DNA of 64,000 nucleotides from an uncultured Puniceicoccaceae bacterium (lineage in GTDB: Bacteria > Verrucomicrobiota > Verrucomicrobiia > Opitutales > Oceanipulchritudinaceae): contig CAWVVV010000003.1 in assembly GCA_963933835.1 (NCBI GenBank), positions 192,001 through 256,000 on the forward strand, given 5' to 3'. A program made the position numbers and the translations under genes. The notes beneath the pieces were generated by a model. The model was not told where the DNA came from. It searched no databases and saw nothing but the letters and a program-made list of their open reading frames with translations. This document shows, piece by piece, positions 41,268 through 51,589 of this stretch (the first letter of the stretch is position 1; each line of letters begins with the position of its first letter).

Positions 41268-41353
41268 TATAAAAGTGCTCGGGAATTCACCCGTGCCGCG
41301 CATGCCTTGTCAATCCCTCTAAACCCACACTCTCATTTCCTCTCCAATCGACG

Positions 41354-42625
41354 TTGAGCCAAGGCTTGCGGTTTAGAATTAAATCGGTGAAATCTGGCAC
41401 CGTGGAAAGTCGCTGGTCCATACCTCTGGGACGTATTCTCGGGATTAAACTAGAGCTGCACTTTAGCTTCGCTCTAGTCCTCCTATTGATGGCTGGGAAC
41501 GGCTATCAAATTGATGGCTGGGCGGGTGCCATCGGTTACAGCCTCTATCTGGTATGTGGCTTCGCGTGCGTTGTGCTCCACGAGCTGGGCCATAGCTTAG
41601 TTGCACGCCACTATGGCATCCCTACTCTTCGGATTTGGCTGCTTCCCATCGGAGGCATGGCCGAACTCGCAGAAATGCCGCGCCGACCGCGCACCGAATT
41701 TCTCATTACGATTGCAGGCCCACTGGTTAACTTCGCCATCGTCCTCACTATTGGAGCGCTCTTTATCATCAACAACGCGAAGGGCCTTCTGCTCCTTAAC
41801 CCTCTGGCGATCGACAACGCGGTACAGTCCTACAGTGTCCTTGGGTTCGCGAGCGTGCTCTACCTTTGGAATATCGGAATGGGCTTCTTCAATCTGCTCC
41901 CGATTTTCCCAATGGATGGCGGGCGGATTCTGCGCTCTGTCCTCAACCATTTCACCAAAGACTATCTCAAGTCGACGCGTTGGACACTATGGGTCGGCAA
42001 ACCCATATTCTTTGTTCTGATTCTCGGAGCTGCCTACCAAGATAACTGGTTTTTGGCGCTCCTCCTCCTCTTTGTAATGTTTCTGGGAGAACTCGAGTGG
42101 CGCTTCGTGCGCCGACGTGAGCGCTACGTCGATCTCGCGATTGGAAATTTCACGGCAAGGACCTTCCATTGCTATCCCCGTGCTACGACAATTGCCGAGG
42201 CCATCGACATTATCCAATTTCACCAGCCACCGGAAATAGTATTAAGCAAAGGTGGCGAAGTAGCGGGCATCTTCACTTCGGCCGAAGTTCAACGACTCGC
42301 GGTCTTGCACCCCCTCGACCGGCCGCTCGCTGGACTCTTACCCGTTCCATCCGCCCTCCAGATGACGTGGTCACTTTCCATGCTCGGCCAACAGCTCGAA
42401 AGCCGCATCCCTCGAAGTTATCCAGTTTATCACCGTGAAGACCTCATCGGAGTTTTTCGCTCTGGGGATATTGATCGCCTCATGGATGTCCACCGCCTGC
42501 GCCTGCGTAGAAGCCAAGATACAATCGCCACAGGTGAATTAATTCCAGCGCTCGATCAAGGCACTCCACTCGAGACCCGCACACAGATTACGAGAACAAA
42601 GGAGTTCCCTTCCCCCCAGTCTTGA
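41354..42625 (+). CDS. Site-2 protease (M50) with degenerate CBS domains
   Basis: HELGH, PIGG, AGPLVN, NLLP.FPMDGG. Start uncertain. Confidence 0.9.
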   Translation: MSQGLRFRIKSVKSGTVESRWSIPLGRILGIKLELHFSFALVLLLMAGNGYQIDGWAGAIGYSLYLVCGFACVVLHELGHSLVARHYGIPTLRIWLLPIGGMAELAEMPRRPRTEFLITIAGPLVNFAIVLTIGALFIINNAKGLLLLNPLAIDNAVQSYSVLGFASVLYLWNIGMGFFNLLPIFPMDGGRILRSVLNHFTKDYLKSTRWTLWVGKPIFFVLILGAAYQDNWFLALLLLFVMFLGELEWRFVRRRERYVDLAIGNFTARTFHCYPRATTIAEAIDIIQFHQPPEIVLSKGGEVAGIFTSAEVQRLAVLHPLDRPLAGLLPVPSALQMTWSLSMLGQQLESRIPRSYPVYHREDLIGVFRSGDIDRLMDVHRLRLRRSQDTIATGELIPALDQGTPLETRTQITRTKEFPSPQS

Positions 42626-42666
42626 CATGGCGTCAATCTCTTCCAACCTTCCGACTTTTTCCTTGG

Positions 42667-42743
42667 GACAGCGTAGCTCAGTTGGTTAGAGCGAAGGACT
42701 CATAAGCCTTAGGTCGGCGGTTCAACTCCGCCCGCTGTCACCA
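42667..42743 (+). tRNA. tRNA-Met (CAT), elongator type; Ile2 not excluded
   Basis: Acceptor stem gacagcg/cgctgtc, D arm gctc/gagc, anticodon loop ctCATaa, T arm ggcgg-ttcaact-ccgcc, encoded CCA, TTGACA upstream at 42622. Confidence 0.93.
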
Positions 42744-42996
42744 TTTTACCCAGGCTATCAAGCGGGTAAGTCGCTGAGTGGGATCTAGCCTCACGAACGT
42801 CTCAACGGAAGCCACCAGGGCCTTTCTTTAGAAGATAAGCCGTGCCATTGGCGACTCAGCATCCCAGCCTAAGTCGTCCTCTTCTCTAAGGCATCCTTTC
42901 AAACTGCCCCATACATGCCTTTTCATCTTTGTTTTTAAATATTTCTTGCAAACTATGAAATGCATGTTTTCTTGTTCTTAAAGAAAATACTGCCCC

Positions 42997-43533
42997 ATGT
43001 CCCTGACTAAACCTACTTTCGACTTTTCTCCCCTTCGCGGCCTTCGTAAACGTGAAGGCATGACAATTGAGCAAGTCTCGGATCGAAGCGGTGTATCGGT
43101 TGCCGTTATTTCGAAAATCGAGCGCAATAAAAACTCTGCTGAGCTAGATACCCTCTACCGCATCGGGCGTGTTTTTGGAATGAATGCGGCTGACATGATC
43201 AGCCTCGCGGAGTCTCCTTTCGCTCATCGCGCAACAGAAAGCGATCATACCAACGGCGGATTTTCCTTTCGCCATGTGAACTATTCCAACGTGCGTGCGA
43301 TTCACGCCACGGCCTCGGCAGGCGCCGCAATCTCTAGTCCTGAGATTCATCGTGACGACCATGAACTCTGCTGGGTCTTAACGGGACGACTGTGTATCAC
43401 CCTGCCACATGAAGAAGTGAATTTGAATGCAGGCGAGAGCCTTCAATTTGACGCCGTCTTTGAGCACACCTACAAAGCAATCACCGATTGCGAACTCATC
43501 CTCATGCACGTGCGTAAAGAAAACCGCTACTAA
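42997..43533 (+). CDS. XRE-family HTH regulator with cupin domain
   Basis: LRKREGMTIEQVSDRSGVS..ISKIER; cupin E..WVLTG..GESLQFD..H.Y. Confidence 0.9.
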   Translation: MSLTKPTFDFSPLRGLRKREGMTIEQVSDRSGVSVAVISKIERNKNSAELDTLYRIGRVFGMNAADMISLAESPFAHRATESDHTNGGFSFRHVNYSNVRAIHATASAGAAISSPEIHRDDHELCWVLTGRLCITLPHEEVNLNAGESLQFDAVFEHTYKAITDCELILMHVRKENRY

Positions 43534-43553
43534 GCTCGCCGCCTTTCCCCTTT

Positions 43554-43835
43554 ATGATGAAGAACCTCGACCGCTGCGCGATCCATACAATGACCACCAA
43601 GGCATGGGATCTACCCACTGCCTGTTCAAAATTTTCAGCTGCCGGTGTCAAAGGCGTTGGCGTCTGGCGTCAGTGGCTTGAAGGCCGCAGCCTCGCCGAA
43701 TCTAAGAGCTATCTCGATGACAACGGGCTCACTCCAGTCTCTCTCGTCCGTGGCGGATTCTTTACCGCAAAGACACCCGAGCTCCGCCAAGCCGCGATCG
43801 ACGAAAACAAAAAGTGCCTTGATGAAGCTGCCGCT
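43554..43835 (+). pseudogene. 3'-truncated sugar phosphate isomerase/epimerase (xylose-isomerase-like TIM barrel)
   Basis: AIHTMTTK.W, GVGVWR, SLVRGGFF..AAIDENKKCLDEAAA, then unrelated sequence after about 94 aa. Confidence 0.75.
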
Positions 43836-43921
43836 TTTTCTATCCAAGACTTTGATCCCTTACCAAAAAATATTCCAAAGCTTGATTCCCCACCCTTATC
43901 GGCACCATTCTTCAACTTTCG

Positions 43922-44143
43922 ATGTCTTCATCCAACTCACCTCAAGCATCCAGTGAAATCGCCATTCAGGCGGATCTGAAGCATCTTGCCTCTCTCAAAG
44001 CAGATGCTCAAGGCGACATCGACTGGTCGCTCATCGAGGCCAATCTAAAGCGTTCGCCTGAGGAACGGATCAAGTCGTGCCAAGAAGCCATCACTCAAGT
44101 CTCACTCCTTCAGACAGCAATGAGACAGGCAACCCATGGCTGA
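43922..44143 (+). CDS. Small putative antitoxin/partner protein (73 aa)
   Basis: DIDWSLIEANLKRSPEERI; overlaps the start of the nucleotidyltransferase gene. Confidence 0.65.
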   Translation: MSSSNSPQASSEIAIQADLKHLASLKADAQGDIDWSLIEANLKRSPEERIKSCQEAITQVSLLQTAMRQATHG

Positions 44144-44624
44144 TCTCATCGGTCTCCTAAAAAGGCTCGCCGCTGCCGAAGTTGATTTCGTCCTCGTCGG
44201 GGGACTTGCAGCCGTCACCCACGGATCGTCTCTCCTCACTCAAGACGTCGATGTCTGCATTCGCCTTGGCGCCGAAAATCTTGCGCGCATTCAGAACGCT
44301 TTAAAAGACCTCAAGCCTGTCCACCGAATGTCTCATCAAGAGCGGCCCTTCTCCGATGAACCTGCTGTTCTCAACACCTTTAAAAACATCTATCTAGATA
44401 CCGAGATTGGACAGCTAGACTGCCTCGGTACAATTTTGGGACTGGGAGACTGTGATGCCGTTCAGGCATCGAGCATTCAGATTCAGCTCGGTGATCATAC
44501 GGTCCACGTTCTCTCCATCGATGGCCTCATTACTGCAAAATCTGCGCTTAACCGCGACCGCGATATCGAGGCTGTTAAACAGCTCAAAGAGATCAAAAAA
44601 CGCCAATCGCCTCCTACGATATAG
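44136..44624 (+). CDS. Pol-beta-superfamily nucleotidyltransferase (DUF6036/MenT-like)
   Basis: VLVGGLA..HG...TQDVD, later LD, LITAK..R.RD. Confidence 0.8.
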   Translation: MADLIGLLKRLAAAEVDFVLVGGLAAVTHGSSLLTQDVDVCIRLGAENLARIQNALKDLKPVHRMSHQERPFSDEPAVLNTFKNIYLDTEIGQLDCLGTILGLGDCDAVQASSIQIQLGDHTVHVLSIDGLITAKSALNRDRDIEAVKQLKEIKKRQSPPTI

Positions 44625-44666
44625 GGCCACGGGTGTAGTCTTCTTTAAAGCCGCTGAAGAACTGCA

Positions 44667-44687
44667 CTGGAGGGACAGGCTCCTCCA
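44667..44687. repeat. Collapsed GGAG-REP remnant
   Basis: ctggagggacaggctcctcca matches the REP arm at 30817-30840, fused to an inverted ctcca end. Confidence 0.65.
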
Positions 44688-44768
44688 TACTTAATCTCTA
44701 CATAATTGGAATTACGTTAAAAAGTCAGTCTTCAATAGGAGATTTCCTCTGAGCAGCTCAAACCTTTC

Positions 44769-44798
44769 AGCGGCAGTTCCGGCAACGGAGCTGCCGCT
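44769..44798 (+). terminator. Hairpin with GNRA tetraloop, probable terminator
   Basis: agcggcagttccg-gcaa-cggagctgccgct, a 13-bp stem between convergent genes. Confidence 0.55.
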
Positions 44799-44838
44799 TA
44801 TTAATGCCCAGGTCTAGCCACAAAGGCTTATCGACCAC

Positions 44839-46317
44839 CTAACCGACCGTCGCGTTGCGCTTCTCAACGAGCCACTTGTCTACTTTATTGGATACGATAA
44901 CTCCGTAGTTAATTGTCCCTAGCCAACCGCTCATAATGATGCCGACGGAGCCGGCATGGTAGAGACCTGTCAATTGATCAGGCAGCGCCTGTGAGACTTT
45001 AAGGCCTTCAAATTTCGTCCCGAAGGACGTTCCACCGATATGGCGCACATAGCGATTCACCGTCCGCGGTGTTGCGGCTTCGATATGATCAATCTTTTCG
45101 CGCACATCAGGAATGTAGCGCTCCAAGGCCTTTAGAGAGCTTTCGATAAGCCACTGTTTTTCGGTCTCATAGTCTTCGTCTGAAAGTTTCGCCCAGTCGT
45201 CCCACTGTGCATTGATCGAGGCGACGATAGCGTAGCGCGGTTCCTTCGTATGCGGGCGCGTATCTGGGTAGTAGACTGAGAACGTGCGGCTGCTGGAACG
45301 CATTCCAGTGAGCTCATCCATTGTGAAGTCTTCTGCTTCCGAAGTAAAAACGAGGTCGCCGATAAACGGGATACTCTCCCCTTTCCTGATCCCCATGTAG
45401 ACTTGGCAGGAGCTTGTATTCACACGCACGGCCTTCGCCTCTTCGAGATATTCCGGCGTAAATTTCTCCTCACCCGCGAGACGCAAAATGGTGTTCTTCA
45501 CATTCGCATTTGAAACAACGGCCTTACAGCGGATGAAACGCTCGGGCATCTCCTCGCCGGTATTCTGGCTTTGTGCACGCACCCCGACGACCTCTTGTTT
45601 TCCATCCTCACCAAGCTCTGTTACTACCTCTTTCACGAGGGAGCATTTCCGCAGTTCAACACCGTTTTGCTTCAACTCGGTCTGCATCATCTTCACGAGC
45701 GTATCAGTGCCCCCTTTGAAGATGAAGACACCTTTGTTCATGAAGTTGGAGAAGACGATCCCATAGGTGATCGCCGGATCCTTCGTCGATGAACCGTTGG
45801 CGTAACTGATCGGTTCCATCAGGAGTCGGTGCACATCATTGCGGCCAGGGAAAAACTCTTCGAAGAGTTCGCCCGTTGTTTGCGAATCGTCATCGTAGAA
45901 ATTCATCGAAGCGAGGCGCGCAAAGAAGGCCTCCACTTGTTCCTTTTCGATCCCAAAGTCCTCGGTCAGAACACGGATAAAATCAACCTTATCAAAGGTC
46001 GTCTTCACGTTCATCTGTGGATTGATGAAACGCACATCATCGAGCTGCTCGATCCGGTCTGCGATTTCGCGCGTCCAGTACTTACGGCAGCTCTTGATCA
46101 TCCCATGCGGGAATCCATGTAAGGAAATATCAAATACATGACTACCTGGACGCTTGAACCAAGTTGCGAGTCCACCAAACTGATAATGGTGCTCAAGGCA
46201 GAGAACCTTGTGCCCAGCCTTCGCTAGGACATTGGCGCTTGTCAGCCCACCTAGCCCTGAGCCGATGACCACGACGTCGTATTCCTCTTCAACTCCATCT
46301 AACCAATCTTTTGCCAT
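44839..46317 (-). CDS. Phytoene-desaturase-like FAD oxidoreductase
   Basis: [26 protein letters not shown]. Confidence 0.85.
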   Translation of the reverse strand: MAKDWLDGVEEEYDVVVIGSGLGGLTSANVLAKAGHKVLCLEHHYQFGGLATWFKRPGSHVFDISLHGFPHGMIKSCRKYWTREIADRIEQLDDVRFINPQMNVKTTFDKVDFIRVLTEDFGIEKEQVEAFFARLASMNFYDDDSQTTGELFEEFFPGRNDVHRLLMEPISYANGSSTKDPAITYGIVFSNFMNKGVFIFKGGTDTLVKMMQTELKQNGVELRKCSLVKEVVTELGEDGKQEVVGVRAQSQNTGEEMPERFIRCKAVVSNANVKNTILRLAGEEKFTPEYLEEAKAVRVNTSSCQVYMGIRKGESIPFIGDLVFTSEAEDFTMDELTGMRSSSRTFSVYYPDTRPHTKEPRYAIVASINAQWDDWAKLSDEDYETEKQWLIESSLKALERYIPDVREKIDHIEAATPRTVNRYVRHIGGTSFGTKFEGLKVSQALPDQLTGLYHAGSVGIIMSGWLGTINYGVIVSNKVDKWLVEKRNATVG

Positions 46318-46401
46318 ATCGTAAGCACTAGGCGTCGCCCATTCGCCCGCGATCGGCAAGCGGAAAGGCACAGTGAGGCTCAGTCCACGGGAATCGAAGC
46401 C

Positions 46402-48795
46402 CTATTGAGTCTTACCCGCGACGTCCGTAATAGCCTGCTCTTCCTCAGGGCGGCCCGTTTCACTACAGTATTCCGCGAAGCCCTCCAGACCTTTGCTTCG
46501 GCCAACCACGTAGACGACATCGCCGCCACGCAGCATGAGATCGGGCCGCGGTGAAGTGATGCGCTCTTCACCCCGCTGCAGACCAATCACGCTGACACCG
46601 AAACGCTTCCGCACATCCACGCCCGCCAGCGTATTTCCATCGACCGAGGAGTTAGGCAAAACGTAGAGCGGTCGGAAATCGATCTCTGGCTTCTCTTCAG
46701 ATTCTCCACCAGTGTCGCGCGTCTGCCGCACGATTCCCTCGGCAGCTAAAAGTTGCTCGGAGTCACCAAGGAGAATGAGCACATCTCCGGGGAAAAGTGG
46801 TGTATCTGGACTAGGGTCAAAGACCTCTAGATCGTCGCGGCTAAGGCCGATCACGGTTGCACCCGAATCATCGCGGATACGCGTATCTCGGATGCGGCAA
46901 CCGGCGAGATCCGAATGCGCGGGCACCACGATCTCGCGCACTTCGACCTCCCATGGATATTTCTCCCGAATCTCCGACATAACAGCCTCTCGGTGGTGTT
47001 CTTCGGCGACCTGCACGTGCTCGCGAAAACTATCCATGAAGAGCAATTCTAGGCTCTGATTAAAACGTGCCAACCGGCGCCAAAAGACGACCCCGATGAC
47101 GACGATAAAGACGACAACGATCGCAAGCAGGCTCTTTGCCGGAAGCCAAGGTGAGGCAAAGGAAACATAGAAACCGCCGACCACAAACGAGCTCAGAACC
47201 AAACTCAGGCCGTTGAAGAGATTGCGCATCCGTCCCTGAAGAATGGGTTCTTCATCACGCGTTTCAAAGAGCGCCTCGGTCATGCGGTAGAGAAGCTGAT
47301 TGAGGCTCGCTATGATCGTGAAAAGGAATGGTGCGAGGCAGAGTGCGATAAAGAGCCAGAGGCAGAGCAAAACGACACCGGCGTAGGACTCAGCTATAAG
47401 TTCCGTCGAACTGACATGCCTCGCCGTGAAGAATCCACCGATAAGGACAGCATTCTGCAGAAGGAAGTAAGCGAAGATTCGGCTCAGCGGCTGGCGAATT
47501 TCTTGCAGGATACGGTTCCGCCCCAGTTGCGTAACACTGTGCTCAATCAACTCGTGATAGAATGTCCCAAAGCGCTGCAGGCGAGCCGGTATCTTCAGCG
47601 CGATAAAATCTGCCACATCCCCAGAATGCTTTGTCAGAAAAGGGGTTAGCAGGATCGTCACAAACGCGACTCCGTAAGCCAGACTCGCCATCTCGCGCAT
47701 CGCCGGATCATCGCCGACTAGGCTCAAACCAAGGCTCGCGATGATGAAGCTAAACTCGCCGATTTGTGCCTTCGCTACTCCCGCCCGAAAACTCGTCCGC
47801 GCTGGTTGTCCTGAGAGAAAGAGTCCAAGCCAGCAGCTTGTAATCTTTCCAAATACAACAAGCAGTGCCACGAGCAGGACCCAACCGATATTCGCGATGA
47901 TAGCCAGCGGATCCATGAGCATGCCGACGGTGACAAAAAACACTGCGCTGAAAAGATCGTGCAAGGGGCGGTGAACGTGCTCCAGATCCTTCGAGTGGGG
48001 TGTCTGCGCAAGCATTGCACCCGCGAGAAACGCTCCGAGCGCTGGTGAGAAATTCAGCTTAAGCGCCAGCACACTGACCCCAAGAACAAGCCCGAGGCTG
48101 AAGATCGTGCTGACCTCGTGGTTATCGTCGTCTCGGCAGAGAAACTTCAACACCCTTGGTGCAAGAATCCGGCCCACCGTAAAAACTGCGAAGACGAAGA
48201 CGCCCATAAAAAAGATCACAAGCCACGCCGCATCCCATTCAAACTGTCGCGTGACGGCCGTTCCCGTCAGGATAACGAGCAGCACAACCGCCAGGATGTC
48301 CTCCATTACGAGGATACCGATCGCGAGCTGCGCGTGAGGCATCTTCATGCGGTTTTGGTCATTCAACACCTTGACCGTTACCATCGAAGAACTGATCGCT
48401 AGAAGGCTCCCGAGGAACAGTGCTTCAATCGAAGACCAGCCAAAGAGCGATGCGACGACATGGGCTAGATAGATCATCCCGATGGTCTGAAGCATCAGCG
48501 CCAGCAAGGTCGGCCAGAGGAGGGATTTTAGCCGCCTCAAATCAAATTCGAGCCCGATAAAGAAGAGTAGAAAGATGATCCCCAGCTCACTCAGCTCTTG
48601 GATCGACCCGAACTCCTGCACAACCGAGGGAAGGCCGATCTTACCGCCGAGAAGGATCCCTGCGAGGAGGTAGCCAAAGATCGCTGGCAGGCGCAGCCAT
48701 TGAAAAAGCAGAAGAACCATCGCCGCCGCGAAAACGACAATCCCTAAGTCCGAAACAAGCGATCCCCCAGCCGAAGCTGCTAATACCAAAACCAT
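46402..48795 (-). CDS. CPA2 cation:proton antiporter with two RCK-C (TrkA-C) domains
   Basis: GYLLAG, GLEF, SSS..VK, MEDIL, LGAFLAG, QIGEFSF, two VIGL.R domains. Confidence 0.9.
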   Translation of the reverse strand: MVLVLAASAGGSLVSDLGIVVFAAAMVLLLFQWLRLPAIFGYLLAGILLGGKIGLPSVVQEFGSIQELSELGIIFLLFFIGLEFDLRRLKSLLWPTLLALMLQTIGMIYLAHVVASLFGWSSIEALFLGSLLAISSSMVTVKVLNDQNRMKMPHAQLAIGILVMEDILAVVLLVILTGTAVTRQFEWDAAWLVIFFMGVFVFAVFTVGRILAPRVLKFLCRDDDNHEVSTIFSLGLVLGVSVLALKLNFSPALGAFLAGAMLAQTPHSKDLEHVHRPLHDLFSAVFFVTVGMLMDPLAIIANIGWVLLVALLVVFGKITSCWLGLFLSGQPARTSFRAGVAKAQIGEFSFIIASLGLSLVGDDPAMREMASLAYGVAFVTILLTPFLTKHSGDVADFIALKIPARLQRFGTFYHELIEHSVTQLGRNRILQEIRQPLSRIFAYFLLQNAVLIGGFFTARHVSSTELIAESYAGVVLLCLWLFIALCLAPFLFTIIASLNQLLYRMTEALFETRDEEPILQGRMRNLFNGLSLVLSSFVVGGFYVSFASPWLPAKSLLAIVVVFIVVIGVVFWRRLARFNQSLELLFMDSFREHVQVAEEHHREAVMSEIREKYPWEVEVREIVVPAHSDLAGCRIRDTRIRDDSGATVIGLSRDDLEVFDPSPDTPLFPGDVLILLGDSEQLLAAEGIVRQTRDTGGESEEKPEIDFRPLYVLPNSSVDGNTLAGVDVRKRFGVSVIGLQRGEERITSPRPDLMLRGGDVVYVVGRSKGLEGFAEYCSETGRPEEEQAITDVAGKTQ

Positions 48796-49068
48796 ATGCC
48801 TATCGATAGTAGCCAACTCGGACTTGGCAAATGCTTCTACTCGTAGAGCTGAATAAGCCCAGTTTTCGCAAATAAAGACATCCCTCTACGGAATTGTAAC
48901 TATCTAACGCTCAGTAGGTAACTGATTTGTAACGAAAGGCTGTTTTTGTCTGGCAAGACTGTTAATTAGATGTTCATAACTTTTCAAAAGCAGGCGTAAG
49001 GCTGTGTCAAATCAGTCGTTTCATCAGCTTAGTTAGACCCGTATGGTCGAAGTGTTCAGTCTCTCAAA

Positions 49069-50330
49069 GTGGGTAAAAACGAGAAAGATAAGCTTCAGGA
49101 TATCCTAAGGCAGCGAGACAAGTATGAGTCGCTGGGGGTTCTCGCGGGCGGCATAGCCCATGACTTTAGAAATTATCTTTCAGGCATTGTAAGCCAAGCC
49201 GAAGTCGCTCGAGACCATTTAAACAAGCAAATTGAGGGCGACAGCCAAGTGGCAGAAGAGGCGCTCGACACCATTTTAAACTCGGCCAAATAAGCCGGTG
49301 AGCTCGTTCGCCGCCTCCTCGCCTTCAGTGACCCCGGAGCACTCATAGAGCCAGTCCCTGTCGACCTTCACCGCGAAGTCCGGACCGTCTCTGCCGCTTG
49401 GTCGACACAGGCCCTACTGACACGGTCCGAGTCATCAATGACCCCGACCCATCAGAGTTGTGGATATCTTCCTTTCCCTACGCCCTCCAGCAAGTCTGCC
49501 TGAACCTCATTGTAAATGCTTCCGATGCTATCGGCGAGCGCGGTGGATTTGTTCGCGTTGAAACCGTACCGCACACCCTGAAGGTGACGCGAACGACGCG
49601 CGACGGTCGCGATCTGCTTCCCGGTGACTACGCCGCTATTCGGGTGATCGACAACGGGCCCGGGATTCCGGATGCCGTTCAGCGCAAAATTTTCGATCCA
49701 TTCTTTTCCACCAAAGGCCGCAACGATCGCAATGGTCTCGGTCTCGCGATGGTTCGACAAATCATCGAGGAAACGGGCGGCGACATCACTTTTGAGTCCG
49801 CTCTAGGGATTGGCACTCGTTTCGAGATCATCATCCCGATCGTTGACTCGCACGGCGAAGATTTCGCAGAAGACGCTGAGGTCGCTCCCATTCCGAGCAC
49901 GCCAGAACTCCATCCGAGTGAAGACGAACGCACCTCATCGAGTGTTCTTTTTCTCGAGGACGATCCGACTATTTCAGAAGGAGCCCGCATTATTCTGGAA
50001 AGCTGCGGATTTCGCGTAGAGCACTACGATAATGGCAACGACGGTCTGCTCGCACTCGAGCGGGAAGGAGCGCACTTCGACATCGTGCTCTGCGACTTCC
50101 ACCTCACTGACATGGATGCGACTGAATTCATCCGGAAAGCCGTCGCTAAAGGCATTGAGAAAAGATTTGTCCTCGTAACCGGCAGCCTCAATCACACCAA
50201 AAGCATTGCTCCGGAAGAAGCCTACATCGAAGAGATTTTCGAGAAGTCCATTAGCTACTTCACGGTCGCACGACGTCTCCACGCAATCTTGGGCAACGAA
50301 GACATCAAAATCCCCGAATTCGCGGTCTAA
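49069..50330 (+). pseudogene. Hybrid histidine kinase/response regulator, disrupted
   Basis: LAGGIAHDFRN H-box, in-frame TAA at 49291 followed by AGELVRRLLAFS, frameshift before about 49398, then HATPase (NLIVNA, DNGPG, FFSTK, GLGL) and receiver. Confidence 0.85.
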
Positions 50331-50341
50331 AACCTTCGCGC

Positions 50342-51496
50342 CTACTCGGCACGCTCGATCGCGAATCGCCGCATTCCTTCCGCCACAAATGCAGCATAGA
50401 CGCGCGGTAAGGACGCGCGCTCAACGCCATCAATGAGGCGAGTATCCGAATAGTCACCGAGGCTTCCCCACGGATAGACCTCTTCTGAATTCAAGACCCA
50501 TGGTTCCAGATAAACAACCGGAGCCCTGAAGAGGCGCGCCGCCATCAGATTTCGACCCCAGACAAAGGGATTGTCATTCACTCGCACAGCATTCGAACGA
50601 GTGTAGTTAAAAGGCTCCAGACCTGTCGCCTCCGCCATCGACAATGCTACAGCAGAAGCAATCCCGAGCTCGATTTCGTGAAAACCAGCGAGCCAGCGAC
50701 GAGCCAGAAACAGCCGTTGCTCCTCACTCGCCAGCTCATCATCGAGGTAGGCCCCGTTCACGAGCACATGCCCATGATTCCCATCCACAAAAGAGTAGTT
50801 TTCAGGGTCGGGCCACGTTGAGGCGTTCACATGCATGGCAAAGACGACATGCGCTCCCCAGTTTTCAAGTTTACGGCCGCGCTCTCGGATATCCTCTCGT
50901 AGGAAAAGACGCCGAGTCTGGACCTCCGTCAAAGTGCTCCCTTCCTTCGCTGCCTCTCTGACAAAATCTTCCGGGCGCAAGGGCGTCACCGGACCAACAC
51001 TATCTCTGAGGAGCAGAACCTCAGCCCCCATCGACTGTAGTAAAGATTTTAGGTGAAATGCCGCTGCCAAAACCAAATCGCCTTCCTGCGCAACCGGTCC
51101 ATCGCCAATTCGAAACGAACGCGATTCCATCGGACCCCATTCACCGCCCAAATGCCCCGGATCGAGGGCGATCTTCCAACCCTCCAATGCCTTGTAAGCG
51201 CTTGTGATGGGTGACTCCGGCAACGTCACTTCCCAATCCGGCAGCGACGCCTCAAGCGCGCCAATTGCTTCTGTAGAGAAACGTGCCTCGAAGTCCTCAT
51301 CGCTGCTACGGAACCAGTCTTCAGCTGTCGGATCCGTTGCGTAGACCCTAAAGAGTTCCTCGACCTGTTCGGCCGATACGGAGATCTCCAAATCAGAGAG
51401 CGCCTTCCACTCGCTCCCTTCTGAGGCGATCACCGTGGGGCTCGAAAGGGTATATCCGAGTAAGAGGAAAATAACTACAGTAGAAGGAAATCGCAT
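50342..51496 (-). CDS. N-acetylmuramoyl-L-alanine amidase-like protein (Amidase_3)
   Basis: Signal peptide, IALDPGH..E, MHVNA, VYLE. Confidence 0.7.
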   Translation of the reverse strand: MRFPSTVVIFLLLGYTLSSPTVIASEGSEWKALSDLEISVSAEQVEELFRVYATDPTAEDWFRSSDEDFEARFSTEAIGALEASLPDWEVTLPESPITSAYKALEGWKIALDPGHLGGEWGPMESRSFRIGDGPVAQEGDLVLAAAFHLKSLLQSMGAEVLLLRDSVGPVTPLRPEDFVREAAKEGSTLTEVQTRRLFLREDIRERGRKLENWGAHVVFAMHVNASTWPDPENYSFVDGNHGHVLVNGAYLDDELASEEQRLFLARRWLAGFHEIELGIASAVALSMAEATGLEPFNYTRSNAVRVNDNPFVWGRNLMAARLFRAPVVYLEPWVLNSEEVYPWGSLGDYSDTRLIDGVERASLPRVYAAFVAEGMRRFAIERAE

Positions 51497-51589
51497 ACTT
51501 ATAAAAATCCAAGGAGGAGTGACCGAGCCCTGCAAGATTTATGCACCGCTTGCATCGCAGCCATCTCTTCGTAATTGTATAGGTATTAA

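Noticed and set aside
42667..44800. tRNA-integrated island or prophage
   Set aside because: No integrase, phage genes or duplicated tRNA 3' end were noticed in the window.
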